Part shown: piece by piece, positions 1 to 12,520 of the stretch
Layout of the letters: each line of letters starts with the position of its first letter
Position numbering within the stretch: the stretch's first letter is position 1
Source of the DNA: Octopus sinensis
Lineage: Eukaryota
DNA: 64,000 nucleotides
Assembly (NCBI RefSeq): GCF_006345805.1
Contig: NC_043016.1
Location: 22,134,001 to 22,198,000 of the forward strand
Reading direction: 5' to 3'
Translations under genes and position numbers: made by a program
The notes under the pieces: generated by a model
What the model saw: only the letters and a program-made list of their open reading frames with translations
Database searches by the model: none
Told to the model about the DNA's origin: nothing

Positions 1-680
1 CAGAATTTGATTCTTTAAATGTGATAGGATTCTTTAGTACAAAATTGGCAGGGTTTGTTGTTCCCTATGGATCATTGTATGTTTGACAATATTTTCCAAT
101 TAATACTGAAGCAGAATATTTTTTATTTTAATATCCACATATGTTTGAATAGTGAAGTATCATTTTTTCCTGCTTGAGTTACAAAAACTATGGTTGTGTT
201 AGTTGTATTATGCCTTGAATTGGTTTGCTATAGACTCTATATATGTGGATATCATAGTTGGTTACAGTTGTGCTATAAACAACATTACTTGTGATGCAGT
301 TTCCTTTTAGAGGGCAGGATGGAGAGGGTCTGAAGTTGCAATTGTTGCTGTTATGTGCGTGACTTTTTAGGAAGTTTTATATGGTTGCAATTTGCTACAG
401 TTTTTCTCTAAATTATTATTTATGGAATATATTTTTATGATGCATTTGTTTAATAGTTTATGGTATTTGTGATTGGTGTAGAAGTGTTTTTGGAGTATTC
501 TGAATAATAATTTGGCTAATGGTTTGGAGATTTGTATTTGAAGGGGAGATTGAACCAGATAATTCTCCTTTTTCTAGTCTTATGTTGTTTTTTTTATTTT
601 GTATGTAGTGTTGTTTATATATTGTGTTTTTTCTGTGTAACTGTTGTTACTGAGAGCTTTGTTATATGAAGTTGCTATCA
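1..680 (-). mobile_element. Penelope-like element (PLE) fragment, RT C-terminus to GIY-YIG endonuclease region, decayed
   Basis: Minus strand near 580-420 reads TRKRRIIWFNLP, then after a frameshift ISKPLAKLLFRILQKHFYTNHKYHKLLNK. This matches the PLE linker pattern RKRxIIWFNPPY...KHF...H..HK.FN. Cys-rich remnants follow. Confidence 0.7.
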
Positions 681-849
681 ATAAAAATCTTTCATCACAA
701 CTTACTCTACAACATAATTATTCAATGGAGCTCCAGCAATCCCTGAAAATTTTAATTCAATCCTTCAGCATATTTGGTCAGCTGTAAGAGGACAATTGGA
801 TGCTGTTTCTTGCAGATTGAGTAACCACATGGTTTATACATGCAAGCAG

Positions 850-1076
850 CGAGCTGGCAGAATCGTTAGCACGCCGGGCAAAATGCTTAGCGGGATTTCG
901 TCTGCCGTTACGTTCTGAGTTCAAATTCCGCCGAGGTCGATTTTGCCTTTCATCCTTTTGGGGTCGATAAATTAAGTACCAGTTACGCGCTGGGGTCGAT
1001 ATAATCGACTTAATCTGTCTGTCTGTCCTTGTTTATCTCTTCTGTGTTTAGCCCCTTGTGGGTAGTAAAGAAATAG
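850..1076 (+). mobile_element. tRNA-derived SINE, young copy (family A, octopus-type)
   Basis: GAGCTGGCAGAATCGTTAGC (A-box-like), GAGTTCAAATTCC (B-box-like), then GCCTTTCATCC..GGGGTCGATAAATTAAGTACCAG. CpGs are retained. Many other copies in the window (e.g. 45865-46076 on minus). Confidence 0.85.
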
Positions 1077-1195
1077 GTTTATACATGCAGAACATTATCT
1101 GTTATGCCCTTCCTTACAGGGAATTTACTGCTATTTCTAGCTTGTGGAGGCTTCCTTACTGATTCTTTCTAGGTTATATATTTTATGTTCCACAG

Positions 1196-1386
1196 GTGCT
1201 GTCATCAGTTCGTCACAAAGTCGACAACTATTCACATGCCATCCCTGATTTCTCACAGTTAGTCGTGAAGGCACGGCAAACATTGAACTTGAGAATTTGT
1301 ACGTATCAAAACGAGCTTGAAAGGAAGTCTTTGGTGAACAGGAAATCTCCATCCCCAGGTCTACAGCTAAAAAGCAAATCTGTTGA
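1196..1386 (+). CDS. FHIP1: FHF complex subunit HOOK-interacting protein 1 (FHIP1/FAM160A family), internal exon near the C-terminus
   Basis: Acceptor ttttatgttccacag| at 1195, phase 0. VLSSVRHKVDNYSHAIPDFSQLVVKARQTLNLR resembles vertebrate FHIP1B VLGSVKNKIENFAASQEDFPALLSKAKKYLIAR (recalled). Donor is |gtatgc at 1387, or the weaker |gtctac at 1359. Confidence 0.8.
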
Positions 1387-1739
1387 GTATGCTTCAAACT
1401 CACACAAAAGTATGACATATTAATTTTATTTGCTTTCCTAATTGTCGTTTTTAAAAATTAATAACCATTAAAACATGCATGTTTTTTGCTTTTGTATCTT
1501 TTTGCTTTTGTATCTTTTTGCTTTTGTTTTTGGTATTAATTTTATATATTGTTAGCTATCAAAATTTCTCATCATACATCAATAATACCATGATGTATAC
1601 ACCGTTGACTTTAGTGTGTGTGTGTGTGGTAAGAAGTTTGCTTCCCAACTGCATGGTTCTGGATTCAGCCCCACTGCATGGCACCTTGGGCAAGTGTCTT
1701 CTATTGTAGCCCCATAACCTTGTTATAACTCAGTTATTA

Positions 1740-2530
1740 ATGTAAAAGATCCATGGGTGGGCAGAATCAGAAGAGCATCAGACAAAACTTTGAATTCAAA
1801 TACTGCCAAAATCAAACTTATCTTTCATCATTGCCAAGTCAATAAAAGGAAATACCAATCAAATACTGGGGTTAATTGATCAACTATCCCCTCACCTCAC
1901 TAAATTTTTGGCTTTGTCTCTATGTTAAAAATTCTTGCTATCATTGTCACTGAAAGAACCATGGACCAACAGAATTATTAATCATCAGATAAAAAATACT
2001 CTTGTAGTATTTAGTTACAATTCTTTGTATATTAAATTCATATTTTGCCAAAATTAACTTTGCCTTTCACCCTTCCAGGGTTTGTACAATAAGGTACAAG
2101 TCAATTCTTGGGATTCATTTAATTAACAAACTTCTGCTCCACCAAAAACTTGTGACTTTGAACCTGTGTTAAAAATTATTACCATTATTGCTAAGATGAG
2201 ACATGACAAAAGTTGTAAGGCACCAAACAAAATATTTTAGAGTATTTAGATAGTCTTCTTTCCATTCTGATTTCAAATCATACCTTTCTATAACTTTATA
2301 GTAATTAGTTAGGCGCTGCTTATATTTTGAGTTCAAATACTGCAAAGATTCACTTTATTGTTCACTCTTCTTGGTTCAATAAAATAAGTGTGAATTAAAT
2401 TTTGAGACTGATGCCATTGACTGTATCCTTCATACAAAATTAGGGGTTCCTTTTGTACTCAACACTCCTGATGTTGACTTAACAAGTGGACAATTAGATC
2501 AGTTCCTTTAGAATTACTCATCTTGTGCCT
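1740..2530 (+). repeat. Degenerate head-to-tail array of family A SINE copies
   Basis: Recurring GAGTTCAAAT..CCAAA.TCAACTTTGCCTTTCA..CTT blocks near 1790, 2030, 2270 and 2330, with ATT-rich linkers. Confidence 0.65.
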
Positions 2531-2848
2531 AAAATTAACTTGGAATTTAGTTATTCTTCATTGAACGAAGGACAAGCTGTTAAATATATAGTTGGATTAA
2601 TTAATTCTTAGCACACTGCGAAAAACTAGGTTTTTATTTTCCTGATGATAAAGATAATGAAGTCATTCAATAAGTCTAGTTGTTACTTCTATCCCCCCCC
2701 TCTCTCTCTCTCAAATTCTCACTTCAATAAATGTAATTTTAAAATATTACTAACTTACAATTATCTCCCTTTTAAATAAACCTCACTTCAAATGTGTCCA
2801 AACACACACACACTCTCCCTCTCTATGAATTTGTCTATCTATCTTCCT

Positions 2849-2889
<41 letters not shown>

Positions 2890-3786
2890 TCTATCATTTA
2901 TATAGTGTATCTACTTCAGTGTTATGTTACATGAACAAACGTTTAAAGGATACTCAGCCTCTTAACAATATTATACAATTAATCGATAGTTCAGTTGATC
3001 AAAATATTACAAAATATGTTCATCAAAACTGACAATATCAATTGCATCTTTTCCTCTTTTCAAATGCCATGTCCACAGGTGTCAGTACTCATGGATCTCC
3101 ATGACAAATTCTGGACCTGAATAATTTTTCTTGGGAAAGATATACAGTGGTCCCCCATCACCTTCTGTCAGTTTATTTACAGTTTACTCTGCTAGTCTCC
3201 TGCCCCACCAAGCTTACTCTTGTAGCACTGGATCTATTTAATGCCCAGGGAGGGAGATTAATTCACATGACATCAGTGCATGCCCATGGGCCTATATAAC
3301 ACATATAAAGAGCCAACCCTTCTCTGAGTCCTATATGCCTTAACCATAGCACCAACATCTGTTGTTTGACACATAACTAGAAGCTTTTACAGATATTACC
3401 ACCCTAGGTCAGAGAAGACTTGGGAGTAGGGGTGGCTATAGGATAATTCCGTATTTCCCAAAACTTCTGAATCCTGAGCTGGAGCCTCACAACCAGATGC
3501 AGTTTAATGCCTTGCTCAGGACCAATTCCATCTATTTTCTTTTATTTCTTTATTGTAGGTGTTGGGAGAAAGCATTCATTCTTTTTACCAGCATCTGGTG
3601 AGTCATTTATTACTTTGTTATACTCCTCTCACCATTTCATAGATAAACACATGCACATACACATGCGTGCACACACACACACACACGCATGCACAAGCAC
3701 ATACATAAAATTTATATGGACCATTAATAGAAAGCAAAGAAGCTATACAGTATGAATATTGATTTTTTTTATGCATACATACAGTT

Positions 3787-4210
3787 GCAGGTGTAGCTGT
3801 GTGGTAAGAAGTTTGCTTCCCAACCACATGGTTTCAGGTTCAGTCCCACTTCATGGCACCTTGAGCAAATGTCTTTTACTATAGCCTCAGGTCAATCAAA
3901 GTCTTGTGAGTGGATTTGATAGGCAGAAACTGAAAGAAGCTTGTGTGTGTGTGTGTGCATGCGTGTGTCTCTGTGTGTGCGTGTGTGTCTGTGTGTGCCT
4001 TTGTGTCTGTTTGTCCCCACCATTGTTTGACAACCAGTGCTGGCATGTTTACATCCCTGTAACTTAGCTGTTTGGTAAAAGAGACCAATAGAATAAGTAT
4101 CAGGCTTAGAAAATAATAAGTACTGTGGTTGATTCATTTGACAAAAATTCTTCTAGAGAGTGCCCCAACATGGCTGCAGTCCAGTGACTGAAACAAGTAA
4201 AAGATGAAAG
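3787..4210 (+). mobile_element. tRNA-derived SINE (family B) with LINE-derived 3' tail
   Basis: Head GTAGCTGTGTGGTAAGAAG..GGTTCAGTCCCAC, central (GT)n, tail GTGCCCCAACATGGCTGCAGTCCAGTGACTGAAACAAG. Sibling copies at 23515-23917 (-), 36765-37170 and 46215-46665. Confidence 0.85.
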
Positions 4211-4429
4211 ATTTTTTTAAAAAAAGCTATATATATATATATAGACTAACAAAGAATCACTTTACATAACATGATATTTTGATTTTTTTAATTTCTTATC
4301 ATTTGAATAAATACATAAAAGCAATTTGAAAGTTTTCATCATGGACTATGTTCACAACATATTTTTTTAAAAGAAGCATATAGTGAGCTACAGTGTTTTT
4401 TGCTAGTCATATGTGTGTGTGTGTGTATG

Positions 4430-4462
<33 letters not shown>

Positions 4463-4639
4463 GCACATGCAAATAAATATATGTATACATGACATGTATA
4501 TATATACACCCACAAATTACATGTGTGTCCAACTGCTATCTTCACCAAGGCCAGACAAGCTTATCCTGTCTCTTTCATAAGCTGTCTCCTTAAGCGTTCA
4601 CAATAATTTTTCCATCGTCTTGGCTTAACAAACCTCATC

Positions 4640-5070
4640 GTTTGTTTTTACTGCTTTGTTCTCATTGTTCTGTCTTTTACTGTTTTTACTGTTTTGTTCT
4701 CACTGTCCTGTTCTTGTTACCACTTTCACCCTCCGCAAAAAATCCCAAATTTTATGTAATTTGCTTTGCGGGAAGGACTGTTTCAATGAAGTCACGTCTT
4801 GTCCTTACCTTTGAAATGCAGAGAAGATGAAACAGGGACAACTGAAGAAGGGGAATATTCCTTGTGTTGTATGTCTTGTACTCTGTTTTTTTTCGTTGTT
4901 TGAAAAAAGTTTGTTTCTATGTTTTTGTTTTTATGTTTTCGTTTCTCATTGTGTTCCACGTTTTTTTGATGTCCTGTACACATATGTGCATGTGTATATA
5001 CATATATATGTAGGTATGTACATATATGTATGTATATATGCATAAATTTATATGTTATTTATATTATATA
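4640..5070 (+). repeat. Dispersed repeat family of uncertain class
   Basis: Near-identical blocks at 16420-16880 (+), 15240-15900 (-) and 50550-50710, e.g. GAAACAGGG.CA.CTGAAGAAGGGGAAT.TTCCTTGTGTTGTATGTC. Confidence 0.65.
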
Positions 5071-5223
5071 TAAATATATTTGGCATTAGGAAGGGCATCA
5101 AGCTGTAGAAACACTGCCAGATCAGACTGGAGCCTGGTGCAGCCTTCTGGCTTCCCAGATCCCTGGTTGAACCGTCCAACCCATGCTAGAATGGAGAACG
5201 GACGTTAAACGATGATGATGATA

Positions 5224-8200
5224 TGCGGTCTGATCAATAAGTATCCGGACTGCTGCCATATAATGAAACTAAAACATGCAAAGTAAAGTCACTTGCCAAG
5301 GATTGACCTTAAACTCTGCTGTGAATCTTCTTCTTCTTTCTTTATCTAGTTTCAGTTCACGAGCTGTGGCCATGCTGGGGCACCGCCATTTGGTGTTGCT
5401 ACATGATTTTACTTCACGAATGCTTTTTAGCAATTGCCATTTGGTGCATGAGAGAGTTCGATGCAGCTGCCCTCATCTGCACCTCCTGCTGTGAAGTTGG
5501 TTCATATGGGGCACCTTACAAGAAGAGGTCCAGTTTTATTTTAAAGACATCTGCATCCACCCCATGCAGGTCTCTCAGGTTCTTCGGGAGGATATTGAAG
5601 AGCTGTGGGCCTCTGAAGCCCAGACTATCACAGTATATTGTCCTACATCTTGATGGCAAATTTGGAGTCCTTGGCACTATGCAGTGGCACCCAGTTCTAG
5701 CATTTGTGTAACTCTCGATGCCAAAGTTTGGGACAAGTCCTTCTAGGATCTTCCAGATGTATATTATGGCATATCTTTCTCACCTACGCTCTAAGGAATA
5801 GAGTCTTAATCTCTTGAGTCTTTCCCAGTAGCTTATATGCTGCACAGAGGCTATCTTCTTCGCGTAGCTTCGTTGGATCGCCTCAAGTTCTGTGATTAAC
5901 TTGACACTGGATGGTGACCATAACTGAGAGCAGTAGTCAAAGTGGCTTAGGACAAGTGTCCTCCAGAGGACCATCATGGTTTCCTGGTCTCTTGGTCTAA
6001 AGGTTCTAAGAATCCATCCGTTCAGCCGCCTACATTCCATTGCCAATTTAGCAACATGCACATGAAAGGTTGCATCATCACTCATGTAAATACCCAGGTC
6101 TCGCACAGATTGTGCCTCTGGGATTTCAGTCCCTCCAGGTCCAGTGTATTTATTGGGTATTGCATTTAGTTTTGCATGCTGATAGCATAAAGCTTGAAAC
6201 TTTTCAGCATTGAACTGCATACTATTCTTTTCAGCCCACTTGTATAGTTTATCCAGCTCACATTGCAGGTGCTTCAGGGTTCTGTATTGCCTGTGAAACT
6301 TTTGTATCATCTGCATAACTTGTGATCATGGCTCTCTATGTGGCTGAGGGCATGTCTGAGAGGGCCATTATGAACAGTAGTGGTCCCAAAACAGTGCCTT
6401 GCGGAACACCGCTCACTATCCTTCAGAAAGTCATGAAGCCATTCTCCCAATTTTCCAACTATGCCAATATCATGCAGTTTGTGACATATCATTCCATGAT
6501 CGACTTTATCAAAGGCCTTTGCAAAGTTGAGATATATCACTTCCACATTTGAGTGGTTGAGCAGTCGTTTCAGCACCCAGTCATAGTGTTGTGAGGAGCT
6601 GAGTTAAGCAGCTTCTTCCTGGTCGGAAACCATGTTGGGTGTCTGGCAGCAAGTCATTTTCTTCAAGGAAGGTGATTAGTTTCCTTCTGACTATTCATTC
6701 CATGACCTTGCTGATGTGTGAGGTCAGAGAGATAGGTCTGTAGTTCTTGGCCTCTGCTCTGCTACCTCCTTTATAAATAGGGCATATTTTACCTTCCTTC
6801 AGTTTTCTTGGAAGTTTGCCAGTTGCAAGGAAGCTCTGAAAGAGGAACTGCAGTGGTCTTGCTAGGACTCTCTTACATACTTTTAGAAGGATTGCTGGGG
6901 ATCCATCAGGGCCAGTAGCTGAGTTTGTTTTCATTTCATCTATAGCCTTTATTACATCGTCTTCAATCATCGCTGCCTCTGATTTTATATCTGCAGTGGT
7001 AAAGAAGTCAGTTGGATTGCTGACTTGAAAATGCCCTAGGGGTGGAGTGAAAATATTCTTGAATTGCTCATTTAGTATTTCACTTATCCTCATAGCATTT
7101 CCTGTGAGTGTGCCATCCTTTTCAAGGAGTGGCCTTATCCTACAGTGCACCATAGCTGTTTCTTTGGCATACCTGTAGAAAGCTCTGGGATTAGATTTTA
7201 TGTTGTCTATAGCCCAGGCTTCTTTGTCTGCTCTTTCTTTTTCATGGGAGAGTTGCAGACATTTTTCAATTTCCAACAGTTTTATTTTCAGGTGGGTCTT
7301 TTCACTGCTTTCAATTTGTTTGTTTAGGCGATTTGAAACTTTTGTACGCTGTCTCATTAGAATTTTCCTCTCTCTGGGACACATTTGTAGCATATGGCTT
7401 GCATTACAGACATGAATTGTTGAAGTTTCATGTCGATGTCTGGCGAGGAGAGACATTTAGGCCAGTTTTGTTTGAGGATCTCTTTCTCAATTTGTTTCCA
7501 GTTTGCCTTATGGAAGTTCAAGCTGGAAAGATTCTGAGAGTTTCTTGTAGGCTGCATGTCCATGCTTTCCTTTGGCCCATACATGGTCAGCTCTACCATG
7601 TTGTGATCCGAGAGTAGTGTCGGTGTCACTTTCACATTATGGATGAGATCCATATTATTTGTGAAGCAGAGATCCAGTATGTTACCTGCCCTGGTTGGTT
7701 GGAGTATTATTTGCTCCATGTACAGAGTGTTGATGAGGTTCAGGAGGGACCTCGCCTGTCCTCACTCGCATCGTCTCATTCCTGGGAGAGAAAGGCCCTT
7801 GGGCCATCTGACATTGGGCAGATTGAAGTCTCCCATAAGAAGTACACTTATGTGTTGTTCTAATGTGACTAAGTTTGTGCACTAAGTTTTAACATTCTAG
7901 CTCAATTCCGTTGTTTACAGCAGTGCTTGGAAGGAACGTGTGTAGCATGTTATCGTTGCATTGACCATGACACAGAAGGTTGTCATAGCGATACCTGCTC
8001 AGAAGTCTATGCAAAGTTGCAGAAAGTGTATGGAGAGGTGTGTATGAGCCGCACACAAGTGTATGAGTGGTTCAGATGTTTCACAATGGCCAAAAAAATG
8101 TCAATATTGACGAATGTTCTTGGAGATCTGCAACCAGCAAATCTGAGAAAAACGTCACAGATGTGTGCACAGCTATGAAGAGAAATCATTGACTCACCAT

Positions 8201-8648
8201 CCGTGAGTTAACAAAGGATGTGCAGATTAGTTATGGTTCAGTCTATTATCACTGAAGATTTGGGTTTGAGATGTATGTTTGCCAAAACTGCTTTCAGTTA
8301 ACCAAAAAGACACTCAGGTTTCAGTTGCACAAGATCTCCTTGATTGTGTCAAGAATGATGAAAACTTTTTGAAAACTTTGCATAGGCCTCTGTGTAGGTA
8401 TTGCCAAGCTTTTAACAAAATTTGATGCAGATTCTCTGCTCAACTTTCTCCGTCGAGTTCAATGCAATGATCACACAGTACACACCCTCATTCCAAGCAC
8501 TGCTGTAAACAGCAGAAGGGAGCTAGAATGTTAAAATTTAGTGTGCATGCATGGCAGAGTTCAAAGTAAATCTGCCAAGCAGCTTCACCCTGCATGCTTT
8601 AGCTTTGTTACTATGGCAACGGTCCAGATACTTGTTCATCAGACCATG
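5224..8648 (+). mobile_element. Non-autonomous mariner-like DNA transposon, split by a LINE insertion
   Basis: TA-flanked inverted termini TGCGGTCTGATCAATAAGTATCCGGAC (5224) and GTCCAGATACTTGTTCATCAGACCATG (to 8648). Transposase HTH remnant LQKVYGEVCMSRTQVYEWFRCF in ORF 7927-8178. Confidence 0.8.
5326..7860 (-). mobile_element. 5'-truncated CR1/L2-group LINE (end of APE endonuclease plus reverse transcriptase), frameshifted
   Basis: Minus ORFs: PTRAGNILDLCFTN..SDHNMV (APE), ATGPDG..PIYKGG..NYRPISLTSHISKVME, YLNFAKAFDKVDH, VRDLGIYMS, YWERLKRLRLYSLERR. The 3' end has an (AAG)n tail near 5326-5340. Confidence 0.9.
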
Positions 8649-9379
8649 TACATATATTATACAAGGTAATTCAACATTCCCTTTGCATTAATAAAAACCT
8701 GCTGACAACAGAGGTCAAATGAAGTCACTTGTCCCCACCCCCATTTCACAGTATTCAGTGAACCTACTAAATCTAGAACCCATTGTCGGCTACAGCTCAT
8801 CATCTGCTCTGTTAGTCATGCTGCCCGCCACCCAGGTCACACCAAATAAGAGTAATTTAAGAAATATAAGCTTTGCTGAAATATTTGATTATTAATTACT
8901 GTGAATAACATCTTATTATAAAAGAAAACATGATTGTGATATCTATTTGTATAGCACTATGAGTGAAAATTGGTTGATAGGCATGTTATATGATGCATTA
9001 AATATGGAAATATTTGTGTTTTGTTATTTAATATATCCTAAAGGATATAGCAATTATTTTAACTGAACTATATATACTTTTCATCTTTATTTTCTTTATA
9101 TAATGTTTATTGCATGGAACATTTCAACATTTTTAACACTGTATAATATGTGTATGTGTGTGTGTGTGTTTATATACTCGCATGCACACTTATACACACA
9201 TAGGTTTGCATGCCTTTTTTGTGTGTGTGCTTAAACAGCACACATTTTTGGTGTGACCTGCTCACTAATTTTTAATCAAAGAGTCGAGAAGTAATTGTCA
9301 TTCATACTTTTTAAAGGAACAAGATCCCAGATTGTCAGTTTGATCAGTGCTATGCATGAAACACTTGACCCTTGAATCA

Positions 9380-9700
9380 CTCTTATGACTTCCGGCCAAT
9401 TAAAAATGGTGTATGTGTGTGTACACATGCTGAGAGAACAACTGGGTAAAAGAGGAATTGGATGTTATATTCAAGAAAGAAGACTCTGCTTATATGGTCA
9501 TGTTATGCATATGGATGAGGACAACTGTATAAAAAAAGTGCTAATCAGCAAATCTAGTTGGAACATGTGGAAGAAGGAGATGAGGAAGACATGCGATAAA
9601 ATGATGACAGCTTATGTTAGGACTTTGAGATTCAAGGAGATGACAAAGGATTAGGATATCTGGTAATATGTGATTCTCAAGAAAGCTTGCCCACTTCTGC
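9380..9700 (+). mobile_element. RTE-type LINE 3' fragment
   Basis: LREQLGKRGIGCYIQERRLCLYGHVMHMDED matches the RTE ORF C-terminal RRLxWxGHVxRM motif. Confidence 0.7.
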
Positions 9701-10099
9701 AAAACTTCTGGAAATACTGTGTGTGTGTGCACACGCGCACACATATGCACAAATGGATACCTTTGCAAACTTCCTCTTAACATCTTCCAACACATCATCT
9801 GTTTCCAGATGATAAGGGTGAGAAATCGAATATTAATTTGATTAATATCAATTTAGAACCAGTGGTCTAGCATATTGAAAAATCTGAATTTTCAGAAAAA
9901 ATTATATTACATACATATATGAGGGATGACCAGTAAGTGGCCATCCCTCTTATATGTATATGTATGCGTGTGTATATATATGTATGTATGTATGTATGTA
10001 TATGTATGTATGTATATTGGTAAAAACAGTAAGATAACAAAAGAAAGAAAGAGATCTCAATATTATGTAAATAGAGGAATTTATCTGTAAATGTAATAT

Positions 10100-10234
10100 G
10101 TGACAATTATTCAGTAGCCAAGATAAGACTCTGAGTTTCAGATGCCGAGGTGGAAACTGAAGAAATGGCAGTGTGGATTTCCACCTCGGCATCCGAAACT
10201 CAGAGTTTTATCTTGGCTACCGAATAATTGTCAC
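10100..10234. repeat. 57-bp-arm inverted repeat with a hammerhead-like core
   Basis: Arms 10100-10156 and 10178-10234 differ at 3 positions. CTGAAGA at 10157-10163 and GAAAC at 10195-10199. A related single arm lies near 29220-29280. Confidence 0.75.
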
Positions 10235-10739
10235 TTACAGATATATGTATGTATATATATATGTGTGTGTGTGTATATGTGTGCGTGTGTGTATATATAT
10301 ATATATATATTGGGAAGTATATTTGCCACCTAAATGTGGCTGACCTATATGGGACAATGCTACTGTAGTTTATAGCCCCAGGAAGACATCCCCTTCAGCT
10401 GGCTAACGATACACTGTAACTGATCAGTATTTGTGATGGGAAATCATTCATTCCCATCTCCAGCTTCACATGATACTCATGGACCTGGTTTTTTGTCACT
10501 GGAATAAGCATACATTATTTTGTGTTCAAAATCACTTCTCATCCCTAGCCGATGATTGTCACATGCTAATGATGGGTTACTACCCAGAAACCTGGGCGTC
10601 AGGCTAGAGATGGGGACAATGATTAGAAATAATATATGTATATAATATATATATATGTATATGATATATATATATGTATATATATTGTTATATTTCAGAA
10701 TGGTCATTTTGCCAGTTTAGCCAATAAATCTTGCACAAC

Positions 10740-11280
10740 AAATATATATATATAAAATACAAAATGGGACAAGAACGCAAAACATTCAGATAGATGATAC
10801 AAAGAAAACAAGGACGGGTCATTCGAAGTTTTCTTTCCTCAACTAAGTACCAGATTATTTTGGCTGATTATACTTGAGATTGCTCCAATCTGGCCAGCCC
10901 CAAGGAAAATCTAAGCTAAGAGGATTACATTCCTTGCAAGAAAGCAGCAAATGTATAGAAAAACAAGGACGGAAAAAACTGACGATGGTACACAAATGCA
11001 ATAACAATAATAACAGGACATAACAACAGGTGTCATTCGACTAAAGACGAATTAAACTAAGTTGCCATGTGTGGAAATGAAGCCTTACGGCAGGAATACA
11101 AGATTTTACAAAGACAGGGAGGAATATTGATGTTGCGCGGACAATGGCCAGACCAAGAAAGACAGAAGAGGCTTGGCCAAACGCCACTATATATGTATAA
11201 ATATAAAAAATACAAAACAGGACAAGAATGCAAAACATCCAGATAGACAATGCAAAGAAAACAAAGATGGGTCAAGGGTA
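10740..11280. repeat. Dispersed repeat with internal direct repeats
   Basis: AAATACAAAA.GGGACAAGAA.GCAAAACAT.CAGATAGA recurs near 10755 and 11208. A second full copy lies at about 44230-44900. Confidence 0.7.
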
Positions 11281-12330
11281 AAATCATAAATGATTTTTAC
11301 TTAGTGGTCAGCACGGAAATAAAACCTTGTAGGTAAACTTTTATAAATATTTTATATATATAAAATGTACGCACATGCACACACACACATATATATATAT
11401 ATATCTCATGGCACTCCGTCAGTTATGGCAATGAGGGTTCCAGTTGATCCGGTCCATAGAACAGCCTGCATGTGAAACTAATGTGCAAGTGGCTGAGCAC
11501 TCCACAGATATATGTACCCTTAACATAGTTCTCAGGGAGATTCAGCATGACAGAGTGTGATAAGGCTAGCCCTTTGAAATACAGGTACAGTAGGAACAGG
11601 AAGAAAGAGTGAGAGAAAATTGTGGTCAAAAGAGTACAGCAGGGTTTGCTACCACCCCCTGCCTGAGCCACATGGAGCTTTATGTGTTTTTGCTCAATAA
11701 ACACTCACAATGCCCAGTCCACTGCCCTAACCACTGGGCCATTGCACCTCAGCACAGTTCCCTGTCACTCTCTCTCCCTCACTCTTCCTCCTTTCCTATT
11801 TATTAATGAAAAAGACGAAAAATATTTAAGCTTCATGAATTAAAGAAAACTAAGAAAATAGAATAACAAAAGACATTTTACTATAAATGATAGCTTACTA
11901 TAAATTAAGTTCCAAATAATTATTACGTAAAAATACATATAATATTAAATTAATTTATATTACTATAACTGATAGGTCTTAATAAAATTATATATAATAA
12001 TTTATGTATTAAGAAATATCTAAATTTAAAATTGTCTAAATATGTTAATATCACATTTAATAATATAGTAAATTATACTCTAATACTATTAAATTATATC
12101 TACAAGAAATAAATAATATAAAAAAAGAAATAGGTTTTATACATACGGAAAAATAAGTTAAACATATTATATAGGTTAAATAAATTTATGTTAGCATTTA
12201 ATTTTAAATGACTATTTACTATAAATTTAAAGTCTAAATAATAAGTAAGTAAAATAAATATATTATATTTAAATTAATTTATATTACTATGATTAATATA
12301 TCTTAATAAATTTATATAATCATTTATTTA

Positions 12331-12520
12331 TTAGCTAAACCTATTATATAGGTAATTTAATTTATGTTTACATTTAATTTTACGTTCCTCCAATGAGTTT
12401 ACCAACACATAATTGTTATTAAATAATATTTCTTTGAATTCGTTATTACACAGTGAACAATAATTACTCCCTATCCGATATGATTTAGCCCTATTACCAA
12501 CATTATTAGTAGTTGAAATG
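12331..12520 (-). mobile_element. Penelope-like element GIY-YIG C-terminal fragment
   Basis: NRAKSYRIGSNYCSLCNNEFKEILF...VNSLEERKIKCKHK fits the PLE endonuclease C-terminal CxLCxxE...LN...CxH pattern. It is followed by AT-rich 3' sequence with an about 125-bp duplication (11887-12012 and 12208-12335). Confidence 0.6.

Noticed and set aside
3787-3860. tRNA gene
   Set aside because: A/B boxes are present, but it is the head of a multi-copy SINE and lacks a proper cloverleaf.
11870-12335. Mitochondrial control-region insertion (NUMT)
   Set aside because: Very AT-rich with a local duplication, but no recognisable mt tRNA, rRNA or CDS; it directly follows a PLE ORF end.
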